A stretch of DNA of 64,000 bases from an uncultured Lachnospiraceae bacterium (GTDB lineage: Bacteria > Bacillota > Clostridia > Lachnospirales > Lachnospiraceae), in NCBI GenBank assembly GCA_910587045.1, contig CAJULG010000008.1, positions 6,511-70,510 of the forward strand. The letters run 5' to 3'. The position numbers and the translations under genes were made by a program. Under the pieces are notes generated by a model, which saw only the letters and a program-made list of their open reading frames with translations, was not told the DNA's origin and made no database searches. Shown one piece after another: positions 31,875 to 42,238 of the stretch (its first letter is position 1; the number at the start of each line of letters is the position of its first letter).

Positions 31875-31903
31875 AATAAGCTGTAGATTTCCTACAGCTT
31901 ATT
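31875..31903 (+). terminator. hairpin after secY (possible attenuator/partial terminator)
   Basis: Perfect 12-bp stem AATAAGCTGTAG / CTACAGCTTATT with a 5-nt loop; only a weak T tail. Confidence 0.5.
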
Positions 31904-31992
31904 GGTGTATGTGTGGAACAGGCTGTCTCCCTTGACTATCCTGACAATAAAAAGGTCTGTCAGAGGAGCAAACAGTATATTGTAATATTTAG

Positions 31993-32649
<657 letters not shown>

Positions 32650-32650
32650 C

Positions 32651-33418
32651 ATGCCGATTGCCAGAAAGTCTCAAAGCGAGATAGAGCTTATGCAGGAGGC
32701 CGGCAGGATACTTGCGATTACCCATCATGAGCTGGCAAAGGAAGTAAAGCCGGGAATGAGTACCAGGGACATTGATACTCTGGGTGAAACGATCATAAGG
32801 GACTACGGTTGTATACCATCCTTCTTAAATTATTGCGGGTATCCGGCTTCCATTTGTGTATCGGTGAATGATGAGGTGGTTCATGGGATTCCTAGTGATA
32901 AGCGTATCATACAGGACGGTGATATCGTCAGTCTGGATGCAGGAGTCATTTACAAAGGTTATCACTCAGATGCGGCGCGAACGTTGATCGTCGGTACAGT
33001 TTCAGAAGAAGCAAAACGACTGGTCGAGGTTACCAGACAGAGTTTTTTTGAGGGGATACGGTATGCCAGACCAGGATATCACATATCAGATATTGGCAGG
33101 GCCATCCAGGGATATGTAGAATCAAATGGTTTTTCTGTTGTGCGGGATCTGGTCGGACACGGAGTAGGCAGGAGACTTCATGAAAAGCCGGACATACCGA
33201 ATTTTGCAGACCGGAAAAAGGGACCCAGAATCAAGCCTGGTATGACATTAGCCATAGAGCCGATGGTAAATGCCGGAGAATATGATGTGGTATGGTTAGA
33301 AGATGACTGGACGGTGGTAACGGAGGATGGTTCCTTGTCGGCGCATTATGAGAATACCATACTGGTTACCAATGATGAACCGGTGATACTGTCCAGAGCA
33401 GAAGGAATAGAATTGTAA
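32651..33418 (+). CDS. map: type I methionine aminopeptidase
   Basis: [18 protein letters not shown]...; metal ligand context ([24 protein letters not shown]). The ATG lies 1 nt after the adk stop. Confidence 0.95.
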   Translation: MPIARKSQSEIELMQEAGRILAITHHELAKEVKPGMSTRDIDTLGETIIRDYGCIPSFLNYCGYPASICVSVNDEVVHGIPSDKRIIQDGDIVSLDAGVIYKGYHSDAARTLIVGTVSEEAKRLVEVTRQSFFEGIRYARPGYHISDIGRAIQGYVESNGFSVVRDLVGHGVGRRLHEKPDIPNFADRKKGPRIKPGMTLAIEPMVNAGEYDVVWLEDDWTVVTEDGSLSAHYENTILVTNDEPVILSRAEGIEL

Positions 33419-33456
33419 GCATAAGGTTTATTTGCAAAGAGCAGGAGGTTTTGAAT

Positions 33457-33675
33457 ATGTCAAAAGTTGATTCAATCGAAGTAGAAGGTGTTGTATTAGA
33501 AAAGCTGCCAAATGCAATGTTCCGGGTTCAGTTAGAAAACGGTCATGTTGTATTGGGGCATATCAGTGGAAAGATCCGGATGGGTTATATTAAGATTCTT
33601 CCGGGAGATACAGTAAAGATTGAGTTATCCCCATACGATCTGACCAAGGGAAGGATTGTCTGGAGAAATAAATAA
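33457..33675 (+). CDS. infA: translation initiation factor IF-1
   Basis: [30 protein letters not shown]... conserved S1-like IF-1; AGGAGG RBS. Confidence 0.96.
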   Translation: MSKVDSIEVEGVVLEKLPNAMFRVQLENGHVVLGHISGKIRMGYIKILPGDTVKIELSPYDLTKGRIVWRNK

Positions 33676-33772
33676 AAAGATTTGCAGAAAATGGGAAAAA
33701 ACTATTGCAAATACTTGCAATAAGTGATAAAGTATTAGCTTGTAGCGGACTTTTTTGAAAGGAGAGATTTTA

Positions 33773-33886
33773 ATGAAGGTTAGAGCATCTGTAAAACCAA
33801 TTTGCGACAAATGCAAAGTCATTAAAAGAAAAGGAAGCATCAGAGTAATCTGTGAAAATCCTAAGCACAAGCAGAGACAAGGCTAA
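33773..33886 (+). CDS. rpmJ: 50S ribosomal protein L36
   Basis: Not in the ORF track (37 aa). Manual translation gives [37 protein letters not shown], with a GGAGAG RBS. Confidence 0.95.
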   Translation: MKVRASVKPICDKCKVIKRKGSIRVICENPKHKQRQG

Positions 33887-34135
33887 GGAATTTGACAGTT
33901 TATTAATTGTACATGTTATTCCCGCATGAACAGTTAATAAATCGGTCCGAATCTGCAACCGGCCAGGACCTGGCCAGAAAATTTGAAGCGGCTGTAGCAT
34001 AAGCAATTATGCTGATTAAATAAACATATATAATAGGAGACAACGTATGCATTTCACCCGCATTTTTTAATGCGGATACGGTTGTTTTACTGTTATGGAA
34101 GCAAGAGAATACTATTTTTATGGAGGTAGAAATAC

Positions 34136-34504
34136 ATGGCTCGTATTTCAGGTGTTGATTTACCAAGAGAGAAGCGTGTTGAAATCGGTCTGACCTATAT
34201 TTATGGTATTGGCAGAACCAGTGCGATGCGTATCTTAAAAGAAGCTAACGTGAATCCAGATACCCGTGTCCGTGATCTGACCGATGATGAAGTTCGCAGG
34301 ATCAGTGAGATCATTAACAACACACAGACCGTGGAAGGTGATTTGCGCAGAGAGATAGCAATGAATATCAAGCGTTTGCAGGAAATCGGATGTTACCGTG
34401 GTATCCGTCATAGAAAGGGACTTCCGGTTCGTGGTCAGAAGACAAAGACGAACGCAAGAACTCGTAAGGGTCCAAAGAGAACAGTAGCAAATAAGAAGAA
34501 GTAA
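34136..34504 (+). CDS. rpsM: 30S ribosomal protein S13
   Basis: [26 protein letters not shown]... conserved uS13. Confidence 0.97.
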   Translation: MARISGVDLPREKRVEIGLTYIYGIGRTSAMRILKEANVNPDTRVRDLTDDEVRRISEIINNTQTVEGDLRREIAMNIKRLQEIGCYRGIRHRKGLPVRGQKTKTNARTRKGPKRTVANKKK

Positions 34505-34556
34505 TTATTGAAATGATACACAACGCGAAAGCGTTGAATACCTAGGAGGTTTAGTA

Positions 34557-34958
34557 ATGGCAGCAGCAAAGAAAGCTACTAAAAAAGTGACGAAAAAGCG
34601 TGTGAAAAAGAATGTCGAGCGCGGACAGGCACATATTCAGTCATCTTTTAACAATACGATCGTAACCTTGACGGATGCAGAAGGCAATGCGTTATCCTGG
34701 GCAAGTGCAGGCGGATTAGGTTTCCGGGGTTCCAGAAAGTCTACACCATATGCAGCACAGATGGCAGCAGAAGCAGCAACGAAGGCAGCATTGGTTCATG
34801 GTTTAAAGTCAGTTGACGTTATGGTAAAGGGACCAGGTTCCGGACGGGAAGCAGCAATTCGTGCGCTTCAGGCTTGCGGTCTGGATGTATTAAGCATTAC
34901 AGACGTAACCCCGGTTCCACACAACGGATGTCGCCCGCCAAAGCGTCGTAGAGTCTAA
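34557..34958 (+). CDS. rpsK: 30S ribosomal protein S11
   Basis: 133 aa; [16 protein letters not shown] and [13 protein letters not shown] motifs of uS11. Confidence 0.97.
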   Translation: MAAAKKATKKVTKKRVKKNVERGQAHIQSSFNNTIVTLTDAEGNALSWASAGGLGFRGSRKSTPYAAQMAAEAATKAALVHGLKSVDVMVKGPGSGREAAIRALQACGLDVLSITDVTPVPHNGCRPPKRRRV

Positions 34959-34977
34959 TATAGGAGGTACAGGATAG

Positions 34978-35571
34978 ATGGCAGTAGATAGAACTCCCGT
35001 TCTTAAGAGATGCAGATCTTTAGGTATGGAGCCGATGTATCTCGGGATTGATAAAAAGTCAAATAGAAAGTTAAATCGAGCAAACAGAAAGATGAGTGAA
35101 TATGGTCTTCAGTTGCGTGAAAAGCAGAAGGCAAAGTTCATTTATGGTGTATTAGAGAAGCCGTTCCGTAATCTTTTTGCAACTGCGGAGCGTATGAAGG
35201 GTCTGACTGGTCCCAACTTAATGATTTTATTAGAGTTAAGACTGGATAATGTACTGTTCCGGTTAGGCCTGGCCAGAACCCGGAAGGAAGCAAGACAGAT
35301 CGTAGATCATAAGCATGTCTTAGTAAACGGAAAGTGTGTAAATATTCCGTCTTACAGAGTAAAAGCAGGCGATAAGATTGAAATCAAAGAGAAAAACAAG
35401 TCTTCTCAGAGATATAAGGACATCTTAGAAGTGACCGGTGGAAGATTAATTCCGGCTTGGTTAGAGGCAGATCAGGAGAACCTTTGCGGTACTGTTGTAG
35501 AACTGCCTTTAAGAGAGCAGATTGATGTACCTGTTAACGAAACTCTTATCGTTGAGTTGTATTCTAAATAA
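34978..35571 (+). CDS. rpsD: 30S ribosomal protein S4
   Basis: 197 aa; S4 RNA-binding domain ([30 protein letters not shown]). Confidence 0.96.
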   Translation: MAVDRTPVLKRCRSLGMEPMYLGIDKKSNRKLNRANRKMSEYGLQLREKQKAKFIYGVLEKPFRNLFATAERMKGLTGPNLMILLELRLDNVLFRLGLARTRKEARQIVDHKHVLVNGKCVNIPSYRVKAGDKIEIKEKNKSSQRYKDILEVTGGRLIPAWLEADQENLCGTVVELPLREQIDVPVNETLIVELYSK

Positions 35572-35629
35572 TCTTTAAAATTTATTTAGGAGTAACCCAA
35601 CTTATTAACCCAGAAGGAGGGTCCCCGTA

Positions 35630-36586
35630 TTGTTTGAATTTGAAAAACCTAGAATTGAAATTGCAGAGCTTTCGGAAGATAATAAATATGGACGCTTTGT
35701 AGTTGAGCCTTTAGAAAGAGGTTATGGTACAACTCTTGGTAACTCGCTGAGAAGAATCATGCTGTCTTCTTTACCGGGTTCCGCAGTTACTTCTGTCAAG
35801 ATTAAGGGTGTATTGCATGAGTTTAGTTCCATCCCTGGTGTAAAGGAAGATGTGACTGAAATCATTATGAATATCAAAGAGCTGGCTATTAAGAATAATT
35901 CTACTGCTGACGCATCAACCGCATATATTGAATTTGAGGGGGAAGGCGTGGTAACGGCAGCAGATATCCATGTAGACAGTAATATTGAGATTTTAAACAA
36001 GGATTTGGTGATCGCAACCTTAAGCGGTGGTGCAGACAGCCGTCTGGATATGGAATTAACCATTTCCAAGGGCAGAGGATACGTTGGTGCAGATAAGAAT
36101 AAAAGAGAAGACTTATCCATTGATGTCATCGCAGTTGATTCCATTTATACGCCGGTAGAGCGTGTGAATATGGTGGTTGAAAATACCCGTGTGGGTCAGG
36201 TTACGGACTACGATAAGTTAACATTGGATGTATTTACCAATGGAACTCTGGCACCGGATGAGGCTGTCAGTCTGGCAGCAAAGGTGTTGAGTGAACATCT
36301 GAATTTATTTATTGATTTATCTGAGAACGCAAAATCAACTGAAGTTATGGTTGAGACAAAGGATGATGAAAAGGGCAAGGTGCTGGAAATGAGCATTGAC
36401 GAACTGGAATTATCCGTGCGGTCTTATAACTGCTTAAAGCGTGCAGGCATCAATACAGTAGAAGAATTAACCAATAAAACTTCAGAGGATATGATGAAGG
36501 TTCGGAATCTCGGACGTAAGTCATTAGAGGAAGTGCTGAGCAAGTTAAAGGAATTAGGGTTAGAGCTTCGCAGCGGTGAGGAGTAA
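35630..36586 (+). CDS. rpoA: DNA-directed RNA polymerase subunit alpha
   Basis: TTG start; [11 protein letters not shown]..., NTD and CTD ([21 protein letters not shown]). Confidence 0.97.
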   Translation: MFEFEKPRIEIAELSEDNKYGRFVVEPLERGYGTTLGNSLRRIMLSSLPGSAVTSVKIKGVLHEFSSIPGVKEDVTEIIMNIKELAIKNNSTADASTAYIEFEGEGVVTAADIHVDSNIEILNKDLVIATLSGGADSRLDMELTISKGRGYVGADKNKREDLSIDVIAVDSIYTPVERVNMVVENTRVGQVTDYDKLTLDVFTNGTLAPDEAVSLAAKVLSEHLNLFIDLSENAKSTEVMVETKDDEKGKVLEMSIDELELSVRSYNCLKRAGINTVEELTNKTSEDMMKVRNLGRKSLEEVLSKLKELGLELRSGEE

Positions 36587-36592
36587 ATCATA

Positions 36593-36656
36593 ACTTGCTG
36601 ATGCACGCGTAGGTCGTAAGGAATCCTCCCGCAAGCGGGTCCCTCCTTGCGACAAG
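36593..36656 (+). repeat. structured ~65-nt repeat element, copy B
   Basis: TGAT-loop region (first hairpin degenerate), GTAGG linker, outer stem TCGTAAGGA/TCCTTGCGA, ATCCT, CCCG-CAAG-CGGG hairpin, TCCC, CAAG tail. Starts 7 nt after the rpoA stop. Confidence 0.7.
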
Positions 36657-36666
36657 TTCAGAAGAA

Positions 36667-36734
36667 GCTCGCTGATGCGAGCGTAGGTCATAAGGAATCC
36701 CCCCCATCTTCGATGGGTCCCCCCTTGTGACAAG
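36667..36734 (+). repeat. structured ~65-nt repeat element, copy C (tandem to B)
   Basis: GCTCGC-TGAT-GCGAGC hairpin, GTAGG, outer stem TCATAAGG/CCTTGTGA, CCCATC-TTC-GATGGG hairpin, CAAG tail. Confidence 0.7.
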
Positions 36735-36814
36735 TTCCACTAAAGCTGAATTAGAGTAAGCATAGTGAAGATGCAGAGTATTCTGCATAATTATCCATAA
36801 GGAGGAAAATCTAT

Positions 36815-37420
36815 ATGGCAATGTATAGAAAGCTTGGTAAGAAATCAAGTGCAAGACAGGCATTACTTCGTAATCAGGTGACCATGTTATTATACAATGG
36901 TAAGATTAAGACAACAGAGGCACGGGCAAAGGAAGTTCGTCAGATTGCGGAACACTTAATCACCCTGGCAGTAAAGGAAAAAGATAATTTTGAAACCGTT
37001 AAGGTGACTGCAAAGGTTGCCCGCAAGGATAAAGACGGTATGAGAGTAAAGCAGATCGTTGACAAGGACACCGGAGCAGTTCTTTCTGAAACCCATCGTG
37101 ATAAGGATGGCAAGATTTTAAGAATTGAGAATGGTGTTACTGTAACTGTCTACGATGAAGTGGAGAAGGAAATCAAAAAGGATCTGCCTTCCAGACTGCA
37201 TGCCAGAAGACAGATGCTGAAGGTTCTGTATCCGGTTGTTGAGGTTCCGGAAGAGGCAGCAGGCAAGAAGAAGGCTACAAAGAAGGTAGACTTAACTGCG
37301 AAATTATTTGATGAATATGGACCGAAGTATGCAGGTCGTCCGGGTGGTTATACCAGAATCGTTAAGATCGGGCCGCGTAAGGGTGATGCAGCTATGGAAG
37401 TAATTCTGGAATTAGTATAA
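36815..37420 (+). CDS. rplQ: 50S ribosomal protein L17 (expanded, 201 aa)
   Basis: N-terminus [19 protein letters not shown] and C-terminus [25 protein letters not shown] are canonical bL17. The middle carries extra Lys/Asp-rich sequence. Confidence 0.93.
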   Translation: MAMYRKLGKKSSARQALLRNQVTMLLYNGKIKTTEARAKEVRQIAEHLITLAVKEKDNFETVKVTAKVARKDKDGMRVKQIVDKDTGAVLSETHRDKDGKILRIENGVTVTVYDEVEKEIKKDLPSRLHARRQMLKVLYPVVEVPEEAAGKKKATKKVDLTAKLFDEYGPKYAGRPGGYTRIVKIGPRKGDAAMEVILELV

Positions 37421-37425
37421 AATGT

Positions 37426-37460
37426 AAGGCTGTCGCATATGAATGCGACGGCCTTTTTGT
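37426..37460 (+). terminator. rho-independent terminator of the alpha operon
   Basis: AAGGCTGTCGCAT / ATGCGACGGCCTT stem, 4-nt loop, then TTTTG. Confidence 0.8.
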
Positions 37461-37491
37461 CTGTAGGAGTATCTGCAAAGGTATAAGGATT

Positions 37492-39279
37492 ATGATAAAA
37501 ACAGATCATGTATCATTTGAATATTTTCGGCGGGATGATGATGGAAACGTATCCGAAATTGTTGAGACGGTAAATGCTCTTTCTCTGCAGGTGCAGGAAG
37601 GAGAGTTTATTGGTATTTTAGGAGAAAATGGTTCTGGAAAATCAACCTTTGCCAAGCTGTTGAATGCTCTGCTGGAGCCGACAGAGGGCAGTATACTGAT
37701 TGCAGGAATGGATACTGCTGATCAGGAAAATGTCTGGAAGATACGGAAACAGACAGGGATGGTCTTTCAAAATCCGGATAATCAGATTATTGGTACCGTA
37801 GTGGAAGAGGATGTGGCATTTGGACCGGAAAATCTCGGAATAGAAACCAATCAGATCATAAAACGGGTAACAGAGGCTTTGGAAATTGTGGGAATGACAG
37901 CTTACCGCCTGCAGTCGCCTAATCGTTTATCCGGTGGACAGAAACAAAGAGTAGCGATTGCTGGTGTACTGGCGATGCACCCGCAGTGTATTATTTTTGA
38001 TGAATCGACGGCCATGTTGGATCCCAAGGGAAGAGAGGAAGTCTTAAATGCTGCGCGTTTATTAAACAAGAAGCAGAAAATTACCATTCTTTATATTACT
38101 CATGATATGGATGAAGTCATTGATGCCGACCGGATCGTGGTAATACACAAGGGGAAGCTGGTTCTGGAAGGAACGCCAAGAGAGATTTTTTCGAAGGGCC
38201 GGTCTCTGCAGGAATACGGACTGGTACTGCCAAGAATGACGGAGCTTGCATACAGGCTGAATGAATGTGGAATTGACTTTTCTAATACGGTATTAGATCA
38301 GAAAGAGTTTGTAGATGAAGTCAATCGAAGAAAAGCATATGCAAAGCTGAGGGATAAGGATCCCGGCTTTCGTGCGGATCCGGCTTTGCAGTCGGGCCGT
38401 GCAGAGAGAGAATCATCTTTGAATAGTGCCATGAAATATGGGTTTGTGTTGGATCATATTTCATATGAATACAGTCCGAATACAATTTACGCCTGTTCTG
38501 CGTTAAAGGATGTGAATCTGGCCATCGGAAAAGGAGAGTTTATTGCAATTATCGGACATACAGGTTCCGGTAAATCAACTTTAATCCAGCAGATGAATGG
38601 TCTTCTGCAGCCAACACAGGGAACGATCTATTATAAGGGACAGGATATCTATGATAAGGGGTTTAACCGGACTAACCTGCGGGAAAAGGTTGGTCTGGTA
38701 TTCCAGTATCCGGAATATCAGTTATTTGCAGAAACCGTATTGAAGGATGTATGTTTTGGACCGAAGAATCTGGGGCTGCCCTTATTAGAGATTCAGCAGC
38801 GAGCATTTCAGGCGATTGAAGCAGTAGGACTGACGGATGCAGTCTATGATCTGTCGCCCTTTGAACTATCCGGCGGGCAGAAACGCCGGGTTGCAATAGC
38901 GGGAGTTCTGGCGATGAAACCGGATTATCTGATATTAGATGAGCCGGTGGCAGGTCTGGATCCGGCGGGCAGAAGCGAATTGCTGGAAATGCTTCGTTCA
39001 TTAAATGAGCAGGGAATGACAATTATTCTTGTTTCGCATAACATGGAAGATGTGGCGGAATATGCCAGACGGATCATTGTTATGGAGCAGGGCGGGATTG
39101 TGCTGGACGGAACTGTATCGGAAATCTTTCAAAATGGAGACTATTTGCAGGAGCTGGGGTTGGATATTCCACAGGTGACCCGGCTGATGATGCAGTTAAG
39201 CAGAGAAGGGCATGGAGTGAATCCGGGACTTTATCAGATGGAGGATGCGGTAAAGGAACTGGCAGCATATCTGTCTTAA
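37492..39279 (+). CDS. ecfA: energy-coupling factor transporter ATPase, fused EcfA1-EcfA2
   Basis: 595 aa with two complete ABC modules in one frame: Walker A GENGSGKST and GHTGSGKST, signatures LSGGQKQRV and LSGGQKRRV. Canonical position after rplQ. Confidence 0.88.
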   Translation: MIKTDHVSFEYFRRDDDGNVSEIVETVNALSLQVQEGEFIGILGENGSGKSTFAKLLNALLEPTEGSILIAGMDTADQENVWKIRKQTGMVFQNPDNQIIGTVVEEDVAFGPENLGIETNQIIKRVTEALEIVGMTAYRLQSPNRLSGGQKQRVAIAGVLAMHPQCIIFDESTAMLDPKGREEVLNAARLLNKKQKITILYITHDMDEVIDADRIVVIHKGKLVLEGTPREIFSKGRSLQEYGLVLPRMTELAYRLNECGIDFSNTVLDQKEFVDEVNRRKAYAKLRDKDPGFRADPALQSGRAERESSLNSAMKYGFVLDHISYEYSPNTIYACSALKDVNLAIGKGEFIAIIGHTGSGKSTLIQQMNGLLQPTQGTIYYKGQDIYDKGFNRTNLREKVGLVFQYPEYQLFAETVLKDVCFGPKNLGLPLLEIQQRAFQAIEAVGLTDAVYDLSPFELSGGQKRRVAIAGVLAMKPDYLILDEPVAGLDPAGRSELLEMLRSLNEQGMTIILVSHNMEDVAEYARRIIVMEQGGIVLDGTVSEIFQNGDYLQELGLDIPQVTRLMMQLSREGHGVNPGLYQMEDAVKELAAYLS

Positions 39280-39363
39280 GTCAGTTTTCTGTAAGCCGGT
39301 CTCTGTTTCGTGATATAGGAAGGCAGAGAAAAGCGGTGCATTGAAGTATTGCAGGAGGAGAAC

Positions 39364-40200
39364 ATGATTCGGGATATCACAATAGGACAATTTTATCCGG
39401 TGGAATCTGTCATTCACAGTCTGGATCCCAGAACGAAGCTGACGATTACATTCTTTTATTTGATCAGTCTGTTTGTGGCTAATAATAAATATATGTATTT
39501 GCTGGCCCTGCTGGTGCTGGGTGTATATATCCTGCTCTCCAGGATACCCATCCGGTATATGCTGAAAGGCCTGCGGGGGATACTGATCTTTATCCTGTTT
39601 TCAGTAGTGATGAATATGTTCTTTACGAAAGGAGACGCATTTATTGACTGGAAATTCATTCACATATCCTGGCAGGGGTTTCGGACTGCGTGCTATACGA
39701 CAGCGCGGATCATATTTCTGGTCTTAGGTGCATCGGTCATTACGTACACCACAACACCAACAAAGCTGACGGATGGTCTGGAAGCTGTCCTGCATTGGCT
39801 GAAGCGATTTAAAGTACCGATACATGAGGTTGCAATGATGATTAGCATTGCGTTGCGGTTTATACCGATTCTGGTAGAGGAACTGGATAAGATCATGAAG
39901 GCGCAGCAGGCAAGAGGTGCAGATTTTGAACATGGAAACCTGCTCCGGCGTCTGAAGAGCCTGTTTCCGGTAATTTTGCCGATGTTTGTATCTGCGATCC
40001 GGCGGGCAAATGATCTGGCTTTTGCCATGGAAGCCAGATGCTATCAGGGCGGAGAAGGAAGGACAAGGATGAAACCGCTAAAGTATTCTGTTATAGATAC
40101 GATAGCTTATATCATTCTGATCGCGTATCTGATTGGAATGGCGGCACTGAGGATCCTGCTTTCTCCCGGTTTTCTGGAGCGTTTGGGACTGACAGTCTGA
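39364..40200 (+). CDS. ecfT: energy-coupling factor transporter transmembrane subunit EcfT
   Basis: MIRDITIGQFYPVESVIHSLDPRTKL... CbiQ/EcfT family; AGGAGGAG RBS before the ATG at 39364. Confidence 0.9.
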   Translation: MIRDITIGQFYPVESVIHSLDPRTKLTITFFYLISLFVANNKYMYLLALLVLGVYILLSRIPIRYMLKGLRGILIFILFSVVMNMFFTKGDAFIDWKFIHISWQGFRTACYTTARIIFLVLGASVITYTTTPTKLTDGLEAVLHWLKRFKVPIHEVAMMISIALRFIPILVEELDKIMKAQQARGADFEHGNLLRRLKSLFPVILPMFVSAIRRANDLAFAMEARCYQGGEGRTRMKPLKYSVIDTIAYIILIAYLIGMAALRILLSPGFLERLGLTV

Positions 40201-40216
40201 AAGAGGTGTATGGTAG

Positions 40217-40954
40217 ATGAAACGGGTAAAATTAATCGTATCCTATGACGGGACCAACTATTGTGGCTGGCAGCTTCAGCAAAATGGCGTTACGGTAGAA
40301 GAGGTTTTAAATAAAACCATATCCGGGCTGGTAGGGGAAGAAATCGCAGTTATTGGCGCAAGCCGGACAGATTCCGGAGTTCACGCATTAGGGAATGTGG
40401 CGGTATTTGATACAAACAGCCGGATTCCTTCTGAAAAAATGAGTTTTGCTTTGAATCAGCGTCTGCCAGAGGATATCCGGATTCAGCATTCCTGTGAAGT
40501 AGCCTCTGACTGGCATCCCAGATATTGTGATACAAGGAAAACGTATGAATACCGCATACTAAATCGTAAATTTTCTGTTCCGACGGAACGATTATACAGC
40601 CACTTTTTTTATTATCCGTTGGATATCAAGGCTATGCAGCAGGCGGCGGCTTATCTGGTAGGGGAACACGACTTTAAAAGCTTTTGCTCTGCCCGTAGCC
40701 AGGTGGAAAACACGGTGCGCACCATCTATTTCCTGGATGTAATAAAGGAGGGAGATATGATCCGGATCCGGATCAATGGCAATGGCTTTTTATATAATAT
40801 GGTACGGATTATCGTAGGTACTTTATTGAAGGTTGGAACCGGTATGTATCCGCCGGAGCATATGAAGGAAATCCTGGATGCAAAGGATCGTCGAATGGCA
40901 GGACCCAAGGCTGAGGCAAAAGGATTGACCTTAATGGAGATCGAATATTTGTAA
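40217..40954 (+). CDS. truA: tRNA pseudouridine(38-40) synthase TruA
   Basis: 245 aa; catalytic motif GASRTDSGVHALGNV; conserved ecfT-truA-rplM neighbourhood. Confidence 0.93.
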   Translation: MKRVKLIVSYDGTNYCGWQLQQNGVTVEEVLNKTISGLVGEEIAVIGASRTDSGVHALGNVAVFDTNSRIPSEKMSFALNQRLPEDIRIQHSCEVASDWHPRYCDTRKTYEYRILNRKFSVPTERLYSHFFYYPLDIKAMQQAAAYLVGEHDFKSFCSARSQVENTVRTIYFLDVIKEGDMIRIRINGNGFLYNMVRIIVGTLLKVGTGMYPPEHMKEILDAKDRRMAGPKAEAKGLTLMEIEYL

Positions 40955-40998
40955 AAAGCTTCGAATAAAGTAAATTAACAGCAAAACAGTAAGAATTG

Positions 40999-41112
40999 TG
41001 TGGAAAACCTGCTGTTTTTCTGCAGAATTAAGAAAGATATCCACAAAAATATCAACAATTCGTGGATAACTATTGAAAAAATACAGGATTTTCTGTGAAT
41101 AAATGTGGAAAA
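40999..41112. promoter_or_regulatory. cluster of five DnaA-box-like 9-mers (each 8/9 to TTATCCACA)
   Basis: TGTGGAAAA 40999-41007 (rc TTTTCCACA). ATATCCACA 41037-41045. CGTGGATAA 41061-41069 (rc TTATCCACG). TGTGAATAA 41094-41102 (rc TTATTCACA). TGTGGAAAA 41104-41112. Confidence 0.55.
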
Positions 41113-41187
41113 AGTTGACAATAGATAAGATCTGACCTGATGGCAGCCTGAAGAAGTAAAAACTTAAGGGAAATCAACGAAATTTCA

Positions 41188-41216
41188 TTGACACGCCAGG
41201 CAGAGTGTAATATAAT
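41188..41216 (+). promoter_or_regulatory. sigma-A type promoter for rplM-rpsI
   Basis: TTGACA (41188-41193), 17-nt spacer, TATAAT (41211-41216), followed by a ~95-nt leader. Confidence 0.7.
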
Positions 41217-41312
41217 ATAAAACTGTGACGAGTAAGATAAATACTTAAGCCAAAGCCCCGGTAATAGTATTATCAGATAAATGTTATGGAATGATTTGAA
41301 GGAGGAACAACC

Positions 41313-41747
41313 ATGAAAAGTTATATGGCCAGCCCATCAACGATTGAGAGACAGTGGTATGTGGTAGATGCTACGGGACATACATTAGGACGTTTGACAT
41401 CAGAGATTGCGAAGGTATTAAGAGGTAAGAATAAGCCGACGTATACTCCGCATATGGATACCGGCGATTATGTGGTAGTTGTAAATGCAGATAAGATTAA
41501 GGTCACCGGCAAGAAGCTGGATCAGAAGATTTATTATAATCACTCAGAATATGTAGGCGGTATGAAGGAAACTACATTGAGGGAAAAGATGGCAAAGAAG
41601 CCGGAGGATGTTATCTACTTAGCAGTGAAGGGTATGCTTCCAAAGGGACCATTAGGACGACAGATGATTAAGAAGCTTCATGTCTATGCAGGTCCGGAGC
41701 ATCAGCAGGCAGCTCAGCAGCCAAAAGAATTAGTGATCAAATATTAA
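41313..41747 (+). CDS. rplM: 50S ribosomal protein L13
   Basis: 144 aa; [31 protein letters not shown] signature of uL13. Confidence 0.97.
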   Translation: MKSYMASPSTIERQWYVVDATGHTLGRLTSEIAKVLRGKNKPTYTPHMDTGDYVVVVNADKIKVTGKKLDQKIYYNHSEYVGGMKETTLREKMAKKPEDVIYLAVKGMLPKGPLGRQMIKKLHVYAGPEHQQAAQQPKELVIKY

Positions 41748-41768
41748 TTGTAGAAGGAGGACATAACA

Positions 41769-42170
41769 GTGGCTAAGAAAAAAGATAACAAGTTCTATGG
41801 AACCGGTAGAAGAAAAAGCAGTATTGCAAGAGTATATTTAGTACCTGGTACAGGTAAGGTTACGATCAATAAAAGAGATATGGATGACTATTTTGGATTA
41901 GAGACATTAAAGCTGATCGTAAATCAGCCATTTGCCGCAACTTCTTCACAGGGTAAATTTGATGTTCTGGTAAACGTACATGGCGGCGGTTTCACCGGAC
42001 AGGCTGGTGCGATCCGTCATGGTATCGCAAGAGCATTATGTGTAGCAGATCCAGAGTACAGACCTGCATTAAAGAAGGCCGGATTCTTAACTCGTGATCC
42101 ACGTATGAAGGAAAGAAAGAAGTACGGTTTAAAAGCCGCAAGACGCGCACCACAGTTTTCAAAGAGATAA
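41769..42170 (+). CDS. rpsI: 30S ribosomal protein S9
   Basis: GTG start after GGAGGA; [15 protein letters not shown]... and C-terminal ...RRAPQFSKR. Confidence 0.97.
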   Translation: MAKKKDNKFYGTGRRKSSIARVYLVPGTGKVTINKRDMDDYFGLETLKLIVNQPFAATSSQGKFDVLVNVHGGGFTGQAGAIRHGIARALCVADPEYRPALKKAGFLTRDPRMKERKKYGLKAARRAPQFSKR

Positions 42171-42192
42171 GCAAAATTTTTATATGCAATGT

Positions 42193-42226
42193 AAAACCCT
42201 TGAAAAATTGGTTTTTCAAGGGTTTT
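42193..42226 (+). terminator. rho-independent terminator of rplM-rpsI
   Basis: Perfect 15-bp stem AAAACCCTTGAAAAA / TTTTTCAAGGGTTTT with a 4-nt loop. Confidence 0.85.
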
Positions 42227-42238
42227 GTAATATTTCTG

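Noticed and set aside
36588-36863. 91-aa minus-strand ORF spanning the rpoA-rplQ spacer (and 20835-21035 / 20697-20927 ORFs over copy A)
   Set aside because: These ORFs run across the structured repeat copies and into the rplQ start. They have no RBS, and the conservation pattern between copies is that of RNA stems (compensatory changes), not codons.
40999-41112. DnaA-box cluster as the chromosomal origin oriC
   Set aside because: No dnaA or dnaN gene is adjacent and no obvious 13-mer-type unwinding element was recognised. It is kept as a DnaA-box cluster finding, not called as oriC.
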